DNA from: Octopus bimaculoides
Taxonomy: Eukaryota
Length of the DNA: 64,000 bases
Assembly (NCBI RefSeq): GCF_001194135.2
Contig: NC_068983.1
Span: forward strand, 44,638,026-44,702,025
Direction: 5' to 3'
How positions within the stretch are numbered: the stretch's first letter is position 1; the number at the start of each line of letters is the position of its first letter. The translations under genes and the position numbers were made by a program. The notes under the pieces are model-generated. The model was given only the letters and a program-made list of their open reading frames with translations. It made no database searches and was not told where the DNA came from. Positions 10,984 through 23,900 of this stretch are shown one piece after another.

Positions 10984-11111
10984 ATATTTTATTTTGGCCG
11001 CGACGGTCTGTTCCTCCTCTGAGTTTCGCCTGTGGGAATACAGGGAAGACCCTGTGCATCCACAGAAAAACCTCATAGTAGCAAGGGTCTGACTCGGCCA
11101 AAATAAAATAT
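10984..11111. other. 128-bp branched hairpin with perfect 17-bp terminal inverted repeat
   Basis: ATATTTTATTTTGGCCG (10984-11000) / CGGCCAAAATAAAATAT (11095-11111); nested stems TGAG/CTCA, CTGTGG/CCACAG, ACAGGG/CCCTGT. Confidence 0.6.
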
Positions 11112-13075
11112 TTTATTAATTTCTATGATATTCCGACAGTCAACACTAAATGTGTGACACACAGACACACACTGATATGTATGTAAAATTGTTCACATGA
11201 AATCGAAATTTCGGGAATATTCTGTGGGGAGGCAAGAAGTTGTGAGATTTATGCCTTTCCTCATCTCCATTTATGAATCTATAGCATATCCTAATTTTTA
11301 GTTCGATTAGAATTTATTGTCTCACGTTGAATAACATTTTTACAGTTTAGTTTCATCCCTGTACATCTGATTTCAAATCCCACTAGAGATGACTTTGTAT
11401 TTAAGCCTTGCGTGGGGTTTATAAATAGTAGCAATTATGAACTGAAATCTAGATGCTTAAAGCTGTCCCTCAGATATTAAACCTTGTATCTGATGAAAAT
11501 AATTTGATCGTATCGATCTCAGTATTTAGTTTATGCTTACTCTTTCTCCTCTATATAACAGCTTATCGAACAACCAACCCCTAAACTTCTATGCTTGTTT
11601 CATACAGATATATAGCAATATTTTATGGAATGCGATGCTGTATGATGATCAAACATTTTCATTTTAATGTATAGAATCATACATAAATATGCTCCAAACT
11701 TTTTTTTATTTTACTTTGCATCAAAATTACCAATATTGGGTTCTAACTCCAGTGAGGGTGGATTATAGACCCAACCGTTTGTCATTTTGTTACAAGGATA
11801 AATATTTGAAGCTTATTTTATATTATCAACATCAAATATCAACTCATTCAGGGCTGAGATATCTGGAGTGTTGGACCAAAGCTGAAAGACATCATTTAGT
11901 TAGCATTTTAGCTGTATCAAATGTCCATGTATTTGTTGTGCATCCTCTGTTCAGCTCTTTTCAAGCATTTCAGCTATCACCATTCCATCGTTTTTTTTTT
12001 CTCTTCCTCCTCCAGACATGCTGTATCAAGGAATACGTCTTTCAATATGTCCTTTCATTTTTCTTTTTTTTTTATGAGTGGTTTGGTTTGACATAGATTT
12101 GGTTTCTAATCTACACAAGTTAACTCATTATTTTAGGTAGAGCTCACTATGTTCCTATTATGGGCTTGCTGTGATAAATAAGATTTTGTCTCTATTCTAA
12201 AACTAAAATGTTTGATGAGGTGCATAAGATTGATTGCAGAATAGAACAGGTTGTGTAACACGTTCTCTTGGTGGCTCATATTTCTTACATAGTTATTTTA
12301 ATTTTAATACTGTCTCTGGAGTCATCAAATTACCAATATCATCAGTGTGGGCTTTTGGGTTTGCTTATTTCACATTTTTGGTTATAACTTCTGCTAATCC
12401 CTACTCTACAACCTTTTTAGTTATATTTAAGTGTGAGAGTAAAACACATGTATCAGACAATGAAGACATTCCATGCAAGAGAAGTGTCATTTTTATTTTC
12501 ATGTTTTTTTTACCACACTTTGGATGGTTCCAGAAGCATAGCAGTTTCTCTTTGAGGAGGGGTTACTTGCCCCTTGCTCAGTCCATCTGCATTCCTGGAG
12601 AGAGCAAAGCTGAGACAATTGGGTGCAGCTTTTTGGATGCTGACGATTTGGTGTGGCTGACTGGATGTTCAACCTGTTTTGGTGATGGCATTCTTTTGGT
12701 GCTGGAGGCAAACACTCACATTTCTACATGTGCAGAAATATATAAATAGAAAGAGTGAGCAGAGAGCGTTGATTCAGTGACACCAAAATGGATGTGTTGA
12801 AATGTCTCATACCCAGCTGAAGTGGTCTTGCACAATCCTTCTTTTGGTGCAACCTAGCCAATTCATGAACGAGTAGAATGAAATAAGTACTAGATTGGTA
12901 ATTTTTTTATTGATTCCAGTGGGACAAAAAATAGCAAAGTTGGCATCAATGGGATTTGAACACAGAGCATAGAGATCTGGAATGAATACCTCAATAGAAC
13001 TATAAATTAGAAATTTGCAGGAATAATTGTTCAGAGATGTTGATGTTCATGTCTTTGAAATGTGTTTCATGTTAA

Positions 13076-13293
13076 CCCATTAAAGCCCATGGTCCTTTCT
13101 TTAGGACCAGAAAGATAATCCATCATATTTCTGCAACACCTGTATTTTTCTAAGGTATCTTCAATTAGTCATCAAGACCAGAGTGTCTTTCAAACATTGT
13201 AAAATAATTTTTTTATATATTTAGTATCAGATAAATTTGTATAAAAATAGATTTTTGGTAATAAACTAAATAAAAAATTTGGGCACTAATAGG
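13076..13293. mobile_element. piggyBac-type MITE
   Basis: TTAA on both sides; TIRs CCCATTAAAGCCC / GGGCACTAATAGG (10/13 match). Confidence 0.65.
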
Positions 13294-13786
13294 TTAATTG
13301 AGCTTGTAGAATGAAATTTTAATATCTTAAGAAGTTCTAATATTCCAGTTATTATTTCTTGTAGAAAGGCACAAATACCCCCAATGTCTTATTTCCCTCC
13401 TTCCTTGTAAACAAGTGGTCAAATGTGTTCCACCTACAGCAACTCTGACATTGTCCAATATTTTATTTTCCATTTTTTAAGCTTGCACAATGTGTTTTGA
13501 AGGAAAATTATTTGGCTGCTAGAAATAGCAGTTGAAGCAACCATGTAAGGACCTCTCTTATTGGCTCATTCTAGTCTAGTTCATCCCAGTGAAGAACTTT
13601 TTTAGTATATCTTCTTGGACAAGACCCTTTACTCCACTTGCCGACAACTTAGTGCCTGATTATAAAATTTTTCTGTGTTATATTCAGTGGCAAGGGCAAT
13701 ATATGCAACTCTTAGCAATTTCATTCAGTAAGTTAGACAAAAGAAAAATGAATGTAAAATTTTGATATCTTTACTTAATTGCACTA

Positions 13787-14078
13787 TAGCCTCAGGCTGA
13801 CTAAAGCCTTGTGAGTGGATTTGGTGGACAGAAACTGAAAGAAGGCTGTCATATATATGTATATATATATATGTTTATGTGTCTGTGTTTGTCCCCTCAA
13901 CATCGCTTGACAACTGATGCTGGTGTGTTTACGTCCCCGTAACTTAGCAGTTCGGCAAAAGAGACCGATAGAATAAGTACTAGGCTTACAAAGAATAAGT
14001 CCTGGGGTCGATTTGCTTGACTAAAGGCGGTGCTCTAGCATGGCCGCAGTCAAATAACTGAAACAAGTAAAAGAGTAT
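13787..14078 (+). mobile_element. SINE family C, 5'-truncated
   Basis: CTATAGCCTCAGGCTGACTAAAGCC...GGCCGCAGTCAAATAACTGAAACAAGTAAAAGAG. Confidence 0.85.
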
Positions 14079-14309
14079 TATTATTAAGGCGATGAGTTGG
14101 ACAAAATGCTTAGTGGCTTTCCTTCCAGTTCTTTACATTCTGAGTTCAAATCCTGCTGAGGTCAACCATACCTTTCATCCCTTTGGGGTTGATAGAATAA
14201 GTATCAGTCAAGCACTGGGGTTGATGTAATTGACTAGCCCCCTCCTCCAAAATTTCAGGTCTTTGTAGCTATGGTAAAAATGATTATTATTATTGTTAGT
14301 GGGGCAAAA

Positions 14310-14806
14310 TGCAGTGAGCCGGGTGAATTGTTAGCACACCAAACAAAATGCTAAGCAGCATTTGATCTCCCTTTACATTCTGAGTTCAAATTCCTCCAAA
14401 GATGACTTTGCCTTTCATCCTTACAGAGTCAATAAATTAAGTACCAGTTGCATACTGGGTCGATTTAATCGACTGGCCCCCTCCCCAAAAATTTTGAGCC
14501 TTGTGTCTAGAGTAGAAAAGAATAAATTAAGTACCAGTTGCATGCTGGGGTTTGATCTAATGGACTGCCCCACTCCCCCAAAATTTCGGGCCTTGTGCCT
14601 AGAGTAGAAAAGAATAAATTAAGTACCAGTTGCATGCTGGGGTCGATCTAATCAACTGGCCCCCTCTCCAAAAATTTCAGGCCTTGTGCCTAGAGTAGAA
14701 AAGAATAAATTAAGTACCAGTCAAGCACTGGGGTCAATGTAATCAACTAGCCCCCTACTCCCCAAATTTCAGGCCTTGTTCCTATAGTAAAGATTATTAT
14801 TATTAT
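14310..14806 (+). mobile_element. Family D SINE with its 3' 90-92 bp in four tandem copies
   Basis: Units start at 14431, 14521, 14613 and 14704 with AATAAATTAAGTACCAG; ends in an (ATT)n tail. Confidence 0.85.
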
Positions 14807-15621
14807 TCAGGGATAAATTGATTGAATATTGGAGCGTTTAGCAAAATGCCTTGTGGTATTTCATTATGGCCCTTTAAGTTCTGAGTGCAGTCCTACCAAG
14901 GTTAACTTTGCATTTCACTCTTCTGAGCACTAATCAAGTATTGGAGTTGATATATGATTGGTCTCAACCTAAATTTTTGACCTCTTGCTTATGTAAGAAA
15001 TTATTATTGTAAAGCGCAGTGAACTAGCAGAATTATTGAAGTGTCAGTCAAAATGCTTTGCAGTATTTCTTCTGACACATTATGCTCTGAGTTCAAATTC
15101 CGCAGAGGTCATCTTTACATTTCATCCCTCCAGGATCAATAAATTCTGTGTCTGAAATGCCTTTTAAATTTTATTTTCCATAAATAAGACAAATTATTAT
15201 GCATATATTTTATAATGTTATTGTTTTGTTTTTAATTTGTTTTGCATTTATACCTTTTGTATTTTAAGAATTTTTCTTGTAATAATGAGAAAGTTAGCCA
15301 AAAATATTAATATTTGTTTGAAACTGTCAAAAACCATATCTTCGTTTTGTTTTGATGTCATTATTATGAAATTAACACAATTTCTTTGAGTGAAAAAAAT
15401 TGATTTTCTGTTCTTTTTCTTTTCTAGAATTGATAAAATAAGTACCAGCTATGTATTAGGGGTTGTTTTATTATAATTATATAAAGTGATGGATATGGTA
15501 GAATTCCTGACAAAAATGTCTTGAAATATTACTTAGATTACATTTTTTTGCAGTTTGAATTCAGTTGTGTTTGATTTTGCCTTTAATTCTTTCAAAATTG
15601 CTAAAATGAAATACTAGTTTC

Positions 15622-15923
15622 CAGGGCTGTGGAATCGAAACAAAAAAACTTTGACTCTGATTCCGACTCCTGTACTTATTGGCACCTCCGACTCTCAACT
15701 CCTCTTTATGTAATTAAGTGATTATGGTCTACATATCTCACAAAGCATATGCATACGCTTGTACTTTGAATATGTCTATATGTTATAACTGGTTTATATT
15801 AAAGAATAAAGATATTGTGAGTCGAAATCAAAGTCGGTATAGTTTTACCGACTCCAACTCTGACTACCCCTTAATTGTTTCCGAATCCAACTCCAACTCC
15901 ATGACTCCGACTCGACAGCCCTG
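15622..15923. mobile_element. hAT MITE with GACTCC subterminal repeats
   Basis: TIRs CAGGGCTGT / ACAGCCCTG; perfect 8-bp TSD CTAGTTTC. Confidence 0.9.
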
Positions 15924-16844
15924 CTAGTTTCTAGTTTCAGTTTCCATCACAAACTTAGAGCCAACCTAATTGGATCCCACTCCACAACAACTGTCATGCA
16001 ATGAGGTTTATATCTAAATCCACTGCAGCAAACAACAATTATATATTCACAGATTACATTGCAGATAGCTCAACTTGGGATTGATTTAATTCAACTGTAA
16101 CCCTTCTCTTTAAAATCTGTGGCTTTGTGCATGTTATTATTTTCAAGAGTAAGGCAGCTGAGCTGGCAGAATTGTTAGCATGCCAGGAAAAATGCTTAGC
16201 AGCATTTCATCTGTCTTTATGTTCTGTGTTCAAATTCCTCCAAGATTGACTCCATTCTTGGAGGAATTTCAGGGTTGATAAAATACTTTCAGGGTCAATA
16301 AATAAGTACTAGCTGGACACTGGGATCAATATAATTGGCTTACGCTTCTCCCGAAATTGCTAGCCTGGTGCTAAAATTTAAAACCATTATTATTTTTAAG
16401 GGCAGAAGATTGGCAGAATTGCTCAAATGTTCAAAAGTATTCCAGCCATGCCAATTCCATCAATTCCTTACGTGCATGGAACCTAGGACTACATTATTCA
16501 ATGAGTCTTTTTCTAAGATGGTGAGTTTATCATTTGAGGGAAAGTTGATTGCTATTTCTGGCAGGCTGAATGAATACTTACAAATACCTTCAATAGTTTT
16601 TATTGTTCAGGTGTGCAATTTTTTCTGCAAATATTTTTTTGTGTTCCTCTGCAGAAATCTTTATTCTGCACCTGCCTCCCTAGAATGTTAGCTACCATTG
16701 CAAGTTCTTGTGTGGTGTCTTCCTACTAGTTCCCATTAGTACCTTGCTAATGTGGACTCAGTCATGTCGTTGCCTTGGAAATTTGTAATGATATAGGAGA
16801 TAGTCAACTGCTTTTGAAAATTGGTTGGTCAGTGTTTAAGCGCT

Positions 16845-17041
16845 TGACTGGCCTTCATGCCGGTGGCACGTAAAAGCACCCACTACACTCTTGGAGTGGT
16901 TGGCGTTAGGAAGGGCATCCAGCTGTAGAAACTCTGCCAGATCAGATTGGAGTCTGGTGTAGCCATCCGGTTTCACCAGTCCTCAGTCAAATCGTCCAAC
17001 CCATGCTAGCATGGAAAGCGGATGTTAAACGATGATGATGA
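16845..17041 (+). mobile_element. Family B repeat
   Basis: Near-consensus copy ending GTTAAACGATGATGATG. Confidence 0.85.
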
Positions 17042-17685
17042 AGAATTTTTGCTTTGGTTATTGAAATCAATTAAATACTGCTATCTAATTTAGTCATAAC
17101 TGTCTATTATTTGTATTTATAGTATTATGCAAAATCTTAAAGAAAAGAAAATTATTTTGTTAGATCTGAAGCAATCAATGACTTAGATGAGTTCTGATCT
17201 TCTAAGTGGAGAAAGGAATGCTTTCGTTTGAATTTTGTTAACATTGCTTTGAAACCAAATGGTTTCAGATTCATTCCCACTGCACAACACCTTAGGCAAG
17301 TGTCTTCCACTACAGTCATGGCTGTGTGGTATTCCCAACCACATGGTTCCAGGGTCAGTCCTACGGCATGGTACCTTGGGCAAGTGTCTTCTACTATAGT
17401 CTCAGGCCAACCAAAGCCTTTGTGAGTGGATTTGGTAGACGGAAACTGTGTAGAAGCCCATTGTGTATATATATGTGCGTGTTTGCGTGTATTCCCATCA
17501 CCCTTGACAACCATTGTTTGATTACGTTCCCATAACTTAATTCAGCAAGAGAGACTGATAGAGTAAGTACCAGACTTACAAAAAAAAAAAAAAGAACTGG
17601 TGTCATTTTGTTCAACCAGACCCCCCAAGATCATGCCCCATCATAGTCACAGTCCATTGAAATGAGTTAAAGATATGAATCTCTA

Positions 17686-18042
17686 CAGGGTGATCCAAAA
17701 GCTTGTCAGCCCCCTACTGAAAAGTAATAAGAGCAGTAGAGCAACAATATAATATCAAACACATGTAACTGGTTTTAATATATTCACATTCATTGACACT
17801 GACACTGTCATACATCGAGAAGGTCTGTACAAACACCATCATTTTCGTGGCACAAAATGATGTGGCTCCGTGTCCTGTGTGATAATTTATGAAGCTGTGC
17901 TTTGGTGATTGTTGCAAAGGCTGCCGAAACAGCATCCTTTAACTGTTGGGTATTCTGGTATTGCTCTTGTGAAACTCTCTCCCTGATAATAGAAAATTAA
18001 AACAATATTTACAGGTGGTTACAAGACTTTCGGACCACCCTG
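17686..18042 (-). mobile_element. Internally deleted Tc1/mariner element
   Basis: TA TSD; TIRs CAGGGTGATCCAAAAG / CTTTCGGACCACCCTG; minus strand keeps a transposase-like C-terminus QLKDAVSAAFATITKAQLHKLSHRTRSHIILCHENDGVCTDLLDV*. Confidence 0.85.
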
Positions 18043-18359
18043 TAGATTCCTCAGGCTCAAGTTTTTATTTTGGTGCCATATCATACCAGAATTCTAAAAC
18101 GGAATGTGTTAAATATTATAACATGGTAAATGTCAATAGGATTTCTTTAAACTGTTATGTTTAAAACCCTTTTAAATGCTAATCTTCCTGAAACTGTTGT
18201 TAGTTTCTAGACTTCAAAATCTTCCATTTTAGAGTGTTCATATTTAAATTAAAACTTTCTATTCTAATTTTATATAAAGAACTTTTTTTTATCAGTTATG
18301 TGCTAAACATTAGCTTAATAATGGAAAAGAAAAGTGTATTACTTCTCGAAATTCTTCCA

Positions 18360-18840
18360 AATCCTTGATCCCCCTACCCATTCCATCCATTTTGCTACTC
18401 ACTCTTTCTGGAAGGGTCATGGGGGTAAAGTCTTCAGACACATCTTCATTAAACTTTCCTACTGGATTCTCAAGCATGGTTAACTGAGATCATGGACATT
18501 ATTGCACCATCTTCCTCTTTGTCTACCCCCAAGTTTCTTGCCAGTTGGCTCAGCTTGAAGAATCTTTCTTGCAATCTTTTCCTATGGTATTGTAATCATG
18601 CCTGTTGTGCCAGAGCAGTAACCTTTCAATGCAAAGAAGTAGTGGATAATCTTCAAGAGACTCCCTGATCTTTGAGCTCTACACCCTATCAAGTAACATT
18701 ACCCAGGGGATCCTTCAGAAGAACTCTATTTTGGCCCCTTGCATTTATGTTTGTCCTCTTTTGATCATTACCTAACATTCATAATCTTCTTCCGTGAAGA
18801 TAGGCACAAAATCTGCCTTTTTACCAACTTCTTTCCTTGA
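18360..18840 (+). mobile_element. Heavily decayed LINE reverse transcriptase remnant
   Basis: SNITQGILQKNSILAPCIY resembles the RT motif GVPQGSxLxP. Confidence 0.4.
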
Positions 18841-20099
18841 TTATTCTTATAATCGAAACAGTGTATTTTATTATAAATATCACAAAAGGATTAAGTAATA
18901 GATTGTTTTCTAAATTCACAAGTAATATAGAAATAGTTTAGAAATGTATTAGCGGCTAACACACACATTAACCATCATAGTAACAGAGAAAAGCAAAAAG
19001 CTCCAGCTGTAAACAAGGTTATCTCTTAATTCTCTTAAGTTCTACTTGTAGTACTATTAAATTACTTAATTATCTTTAATTACTGCATTTGATGGCATAA
19101 ATGATGCACAAGCATATTAGATGCATCTCAATATCTGTTGAGCATATTCAAGTCAAAAAGTTTTTAGTACATTAAAGCATGTAATTATAGGACCCAGGAT
19201 GAAATCTTGAGCTATTTTTGGGAAAAAAGAAAGTGCATCTTATATGTCATGCCATCAAATATTATATTTCTTTTTTAGTATTAAATCATTAGATTTTTAT
19301 TACAAAGCATACATTTATTTCACATTTTTCACACAGTTTCTAAGCATATATCAGTTAAGAGGATCTACACTTTATATTTGATAATTTTTTTCTTCATAAT
19401 CTGAATATAAAGAAAACAAAACACTTCCATGAAATTAAATTGTATTTAAAGAGAAGCTAGAGAGGAATTAGTAGATGATTATGATGAAGATAATGATGGT
19501 AAGGACAATGATCATTTTTACCATCTTCATTATCATATTTATCTATTGAGCAGTTTGTGTCAGCTTGTTGCTCCTGAACCAGTAAAGTTGCTTTATGTTT
19601 ATGTATGTTATTGTTCCTTTTATAACCTAACAGATTTTTCATGAAATCTGTGGTTAAGTGTTGTCATAAGTTACCTCCTTGGCCCCGGCAGACAAATAGA
19701 AAAGGTACATCTCCTTCACCAGCAAAGTCATGAATTCTTTTGAGTTTGCTGCCGTTAGTCCACCTGAAAGAGGTTGCTTCACTATAATGGTGATCAAAGT
19801 TGGAATTTTGAACTCAGAATCTACAGCTTGGGAATAGATGCTAAAAGGCATCTTGTCTGACTGGCAATTCCTCCAAACTCCTTCCCTGGTCTGTACTATA
19901 TGAATGTGACTTAACCTGTCATCTTAATTGCATACTACCTGGCATCTTAGGGGCTTTAAGTGGAGTTCACTCTGTTGCAATTATTTAAGCCAGATTCTCC
20001 ACTTGATAGTACCACCTTCCTATCACTCTCAGAGGCCCTGTAACAGGTGATGAGCTCTGCCTTCCCTCCTGATTAGAAGATTAAAAAAAAAAAAAGAAA

Positions 20100-21770
20100 A
20101 AGGCGGCAAGCTGGACAAAATGCTTAGCAGTATTTCGTCTGTCTTTACGTTCTGAGTTCTAATTCCGCCTAGGTCGACTTTGCTTTTCATCCTTTCGGGG
20201 TTGATAAATTAAGTACCAGTTACGCACTGGGGGTCAATGTAATCGACTTAATCCCTTTGTCTGTCCTTGTTTGTCCCCTCTATGGGCAAAGATAAAAACA
20301 AAAAGCATAACAAATGCAAGGATTCAGTCTTTGGTGATGCTGAAGTGCTAATAATAGCAATCCTTTCTACTTTAGGCACAAGGCCCGAAATTTTGAAGTG
20401 AAGGGCAAGTCAAGTATATTGACCCCAGTGTTCAGTTGGTACTCATTTTATCAGCCCTGAAAGGATGAAAGGCAAAGTCAACCTCAGTGGAATTTGAACT
20501 CAGAATGTAAAGTCATGGAATATTGCCAAGCATTTTGCACAGCATGCTAAGAGTTTTGCCAATGTACTGCCTAATAATGATAATAATTGTATCTGATTTA
20601 GGTACAAAACTGGAAGTTTTTAAGGGCAGGAATTAATGGATAGTTGATCAGTACTTTGTTTTATCAAGTTATGATAAATTTTGAGTTCAAATCACACCTG
20701 GGTCAAGAGAAGTTGACCTTGGTGCAATGTGAACTCAACACAAGGAGTTAGAAGTACTACAAGGTATTTTGTCTGACACTGATGATACTACTAACCTACT
20801 GTCCTTAGAGAATAGTTTCTTACACAAGCACAAGGCCTGAAATTGTGAGAAGTGGAACAGATGGTATCATTGGACTCTATTACTTAACTAGTACCTAATC
20901 TTATTGACCCATTATAGGTTGAAAGGCAAAGTTAATCTCAGAATATAGAAGGCTACCTAAATACCATAATGCATTTTATTAGAATCTCTAATAGATGTTA
21001 CCAACCCATCCATTAGAAATTCTAGTATTCTTTCTAATTTTGGTTCTTTACTCTGAAAGGATTAAAGGCAAAGTTTATTTCGGTGGGATTTGAACTCAAC
21101 ATAATAAGTTGAAATAAATGCCAATAAGCATTTGTCAGATATGTAAATGCTTTGCCACCTTTTACTGTTCTAATATTAATCTCAAATTTTGGCACAAGGC
21201 CAGCAATTTAGGGGAGGGGATAAATTGATTACTTCGACCCCAGTCCTACCCTGAAAGGATGAAAGGCAAAATCGACCTTAGCAGAATTTGAACTCAGAAT
21301 GTAATTTCTTCTGCTCTAATTTTAATGATAATCCTTTCTATAAGCACAAGGCCTGAAATTTTGGTGGAGAGGATTAGTTGATTACATTGATCCCAGTATT
21401 CAGCTGCTACTTAATTTGTTGACCCAGAAAGGATGAAAGGCAAAGTTGACCCCAGCGGAATTTGAACTCAGAATGTAAAAACAGGCGAAATGCGCCTAAG
21501 TATTTTACCTGGTCTGCTGATGATTCTGCTAGACTGGCACCTTCCAAATTCGTTTAATTGTTTTTTATACTATAGGCACAAGACCTGAAATTTTTTGGAG
21601 GGTAATGGCTGGTTGAGTACATTGTTCCCCAGCGCTTCACTGGTATTTATTTTGTTGACTCCTGAAAGGATGAAAGGCAAAGTTGACCTCAGCGGAATTT
21701 GAACTGTGAACATAAAGCTGAAAAATCTTTTGTCGAACGTGTTAACAATACTGCCAGCATGCTGCCTTAT
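20100..21770 (-). mobile_element. Cluster of about 7-8 family D SINE copies, mostly minus strand
   Basis: GAAAGGATGAAAGGCAAAG...GAATTTGAACTC recurs near 20460, 20920, 21060, 21255, 21430 and 21665, plus a + copy at 20100-20290. Confidence 0.8.
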
Positions 21771-21933
21771 TTCAAATACACAATAAAATCTTAAATACAA
21801 CACACTTAAGAAAAATCGTGTGGTTTAGCTTAGGTAGTCAATATGGCATTTGAGCAATGGTCCCAAAATGTTCTAAGTTCATCTAATCATTATGTTAATC
21901 CCACCGTCTTTTGGTACTCAGAAGCTCACATCA

Positions 21934-22147
21934 CCCTTTAGCATTTAAACTGGCTATATCCGGCTAAAATATTCTACCTGTTTTATGTTCAAACCAGCCA
22001 AATCTGAGCTCTCACACCAACTCTCCAATGACATTCTAAACTTTAACAGTTACATCTTCAAAACCACAAAGCTAAGAGATAATGCGTTCTTAATACAAAA
22101 CAATAAATAAGCATAAAATTTGGTAGAATAATCTGAATGTTAAAGAG
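21934..22147. mobile_element. Decayed piggyBac-type MITE
   Basis: CCCTTTAGCATT / AATGTTAAAGAG ends; the TTAA sites are degenerate. Confidence 0.5.
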
Positions 22148-22457
22148 TTTAAATATTAAGCTGTTGGCAAAAGCTGAAACCCTTCCCACAAACTATCTTT
22201 CTCCCCATTTTTTTCTCTTTTTCTTTTAGTTTTTAGGTTAGATATATTATTTCTATTTTCTATAATTCTGACTAGATGAAAATGATTTAAATTATCACTT
22301 GCTATTTCATAGTTAAGTGCTAAGCATTAAGAATATTAAAAACAACATTCTATTTAAAAATGTATTCTAACAATTCAACCAAACTGTTCAATCTTTGCTC
22401 CTATTAAACACCTTTTTGTTTTGTTTTTTTCTTCTTTTAATAAAGAAAACAGTGGTG

Positions 22458-22530
<73 letters not shown>

Positions 22531-22909
22531 GGTGAGTGAATTCTCTTCCATCTAACTATAATTATAATCTAAGCCTTGTGAATTCTTAAGGCTTTCTACT
22601 AAGCCTTCCTCATTTGATTAGGCTGTGCACCTTTCATTCATTACCACTTTGAGCCTTTTATTGAATGAATGTATAGATTATTAAAAAACAAATTATTTAT
22701 TTATTTATTTATTATTAGTAATTGTGTTTGTGTGGAGTTGAAAGGCTGGAAAAAAAAAATTAAATATCCACAGTTGGTACTAATTTAGTTTAACAGCAGG
22801 ATATACATACATAGATACATACATACCCACAATNNNNNNNNNNNNNNNNNNNNNNNNNNNNNNNNNNNNNNNNNNNNNNNNNNNNNNNNNTATATATATA
22901 TATATATAT

Positions 22910-22951
<42 letters not shown>

Positions 22952-23419
22952 TTAGACACATACATACACATACATATACACATATATGAACATATACACA
23001 CACACACATATATACATATATAGACACACACACACGCACATATATATATATATATACATATATAGACACATACATACATACACATACATATACATATATA
23101 TGAATATATGTATATATAATCCGTTTGTTTTATATGACTTGATTTTTGTGTCTGGTACTTTATACCTACAAAACTTTTTTTTAATTTTAATTTTTATTTT
23201 GATAAAGATCTGTTGTATTGATTGAATGATAATAAAATGATATCACTTTGTTTATCAATTTTGTTTATTATTTTCATTGCAATATTTGTATTTATTTTTC
23301 CACATTTACATGGCTTAGATGTGTCCTAGCAACATTCCAATTAATTTAAATTTTGGTGATTTAACATTTAACATACATACCTATTAGATAAGTACCATTT
23401 GGGCACGATCATTTCCAGC

Positions 23420-23735
23420 TTCGCCTTACTGGCACTTGTGCCGGTGGCATGTGAACAAAACATTGGACTGACTCCAGTGCAGGTGGCACGTGAAAAACAC
23501 CATTTGAGCGTGACCGTTGCCAGTACCGCCGGACTGACCCCCATGCTGGTGGCACATTAAAAAGCACCCACTACACTCTTGGAGTGGTTGGCATTAGGAA
23601 GGGCATCCAGCTGTAGAAATTCTGCCAGATCAGATTGGAGTCTGGTGTAGCCATCTGGTTCGCCAGTCCCCGGTCAAATCGTCCAACCCATGCTAACATG
23701 GAAAGCAGACGTTAAATGATAATGATGAGGATGAT
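23420..23735 (+). mobile_element. Family B repeat
   Basis: Near-consensus body and (ATG)n tail. Confidence 0.8.
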
Positions 23736-23774
23736 ATTGTCTCAGATTGCACCATCACTATAGCAGTCAGAATA

Positions 23775-23900
23775 GCAAAAGCATGGACTGCACTGGACAA
23801 ATTGAAAGTAATTTATAAGTCTATACTGCCCAAACAACTGAAAAGGGAATTCTCCAGGGGTATAATAGAATCAGTTCTTCTTTACAGTTTATCAGCATGA
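23775..23900 (+). mobile_element. RTE RT fragment
   Basis: VRIAKAWTALDKLKVIYKSILPKQLKREF...IESVLLY, typical of the RTE RT C-terminal half. Confidence 0.75.

Noticed and set aside
10984-11111. RNase P, C/D snoRNA, HDV-like or type III hammerhead identity for the hairpin
   Set aside because: GTCAGAC/GGAACAGAC recall RNase P but no P4 pairing exists; the box C position reads GCGACGG; the HDV-like fold lacks the catalytic C; the hammerhead core would be CU-AUGA without G5 and has almost no stem I.
12234-12749. 171-aa plus-strand ORF
   Set aside because: TTG start, F/S-rich composition typical of antisense reading, and no motif.
14431-14806. Regular repeat array resembling CRISPR
   Set aside because: Units are contiguous copies of a SINE end with no unique spacers, there are no cas genes, and the DNA is eukaryotic.
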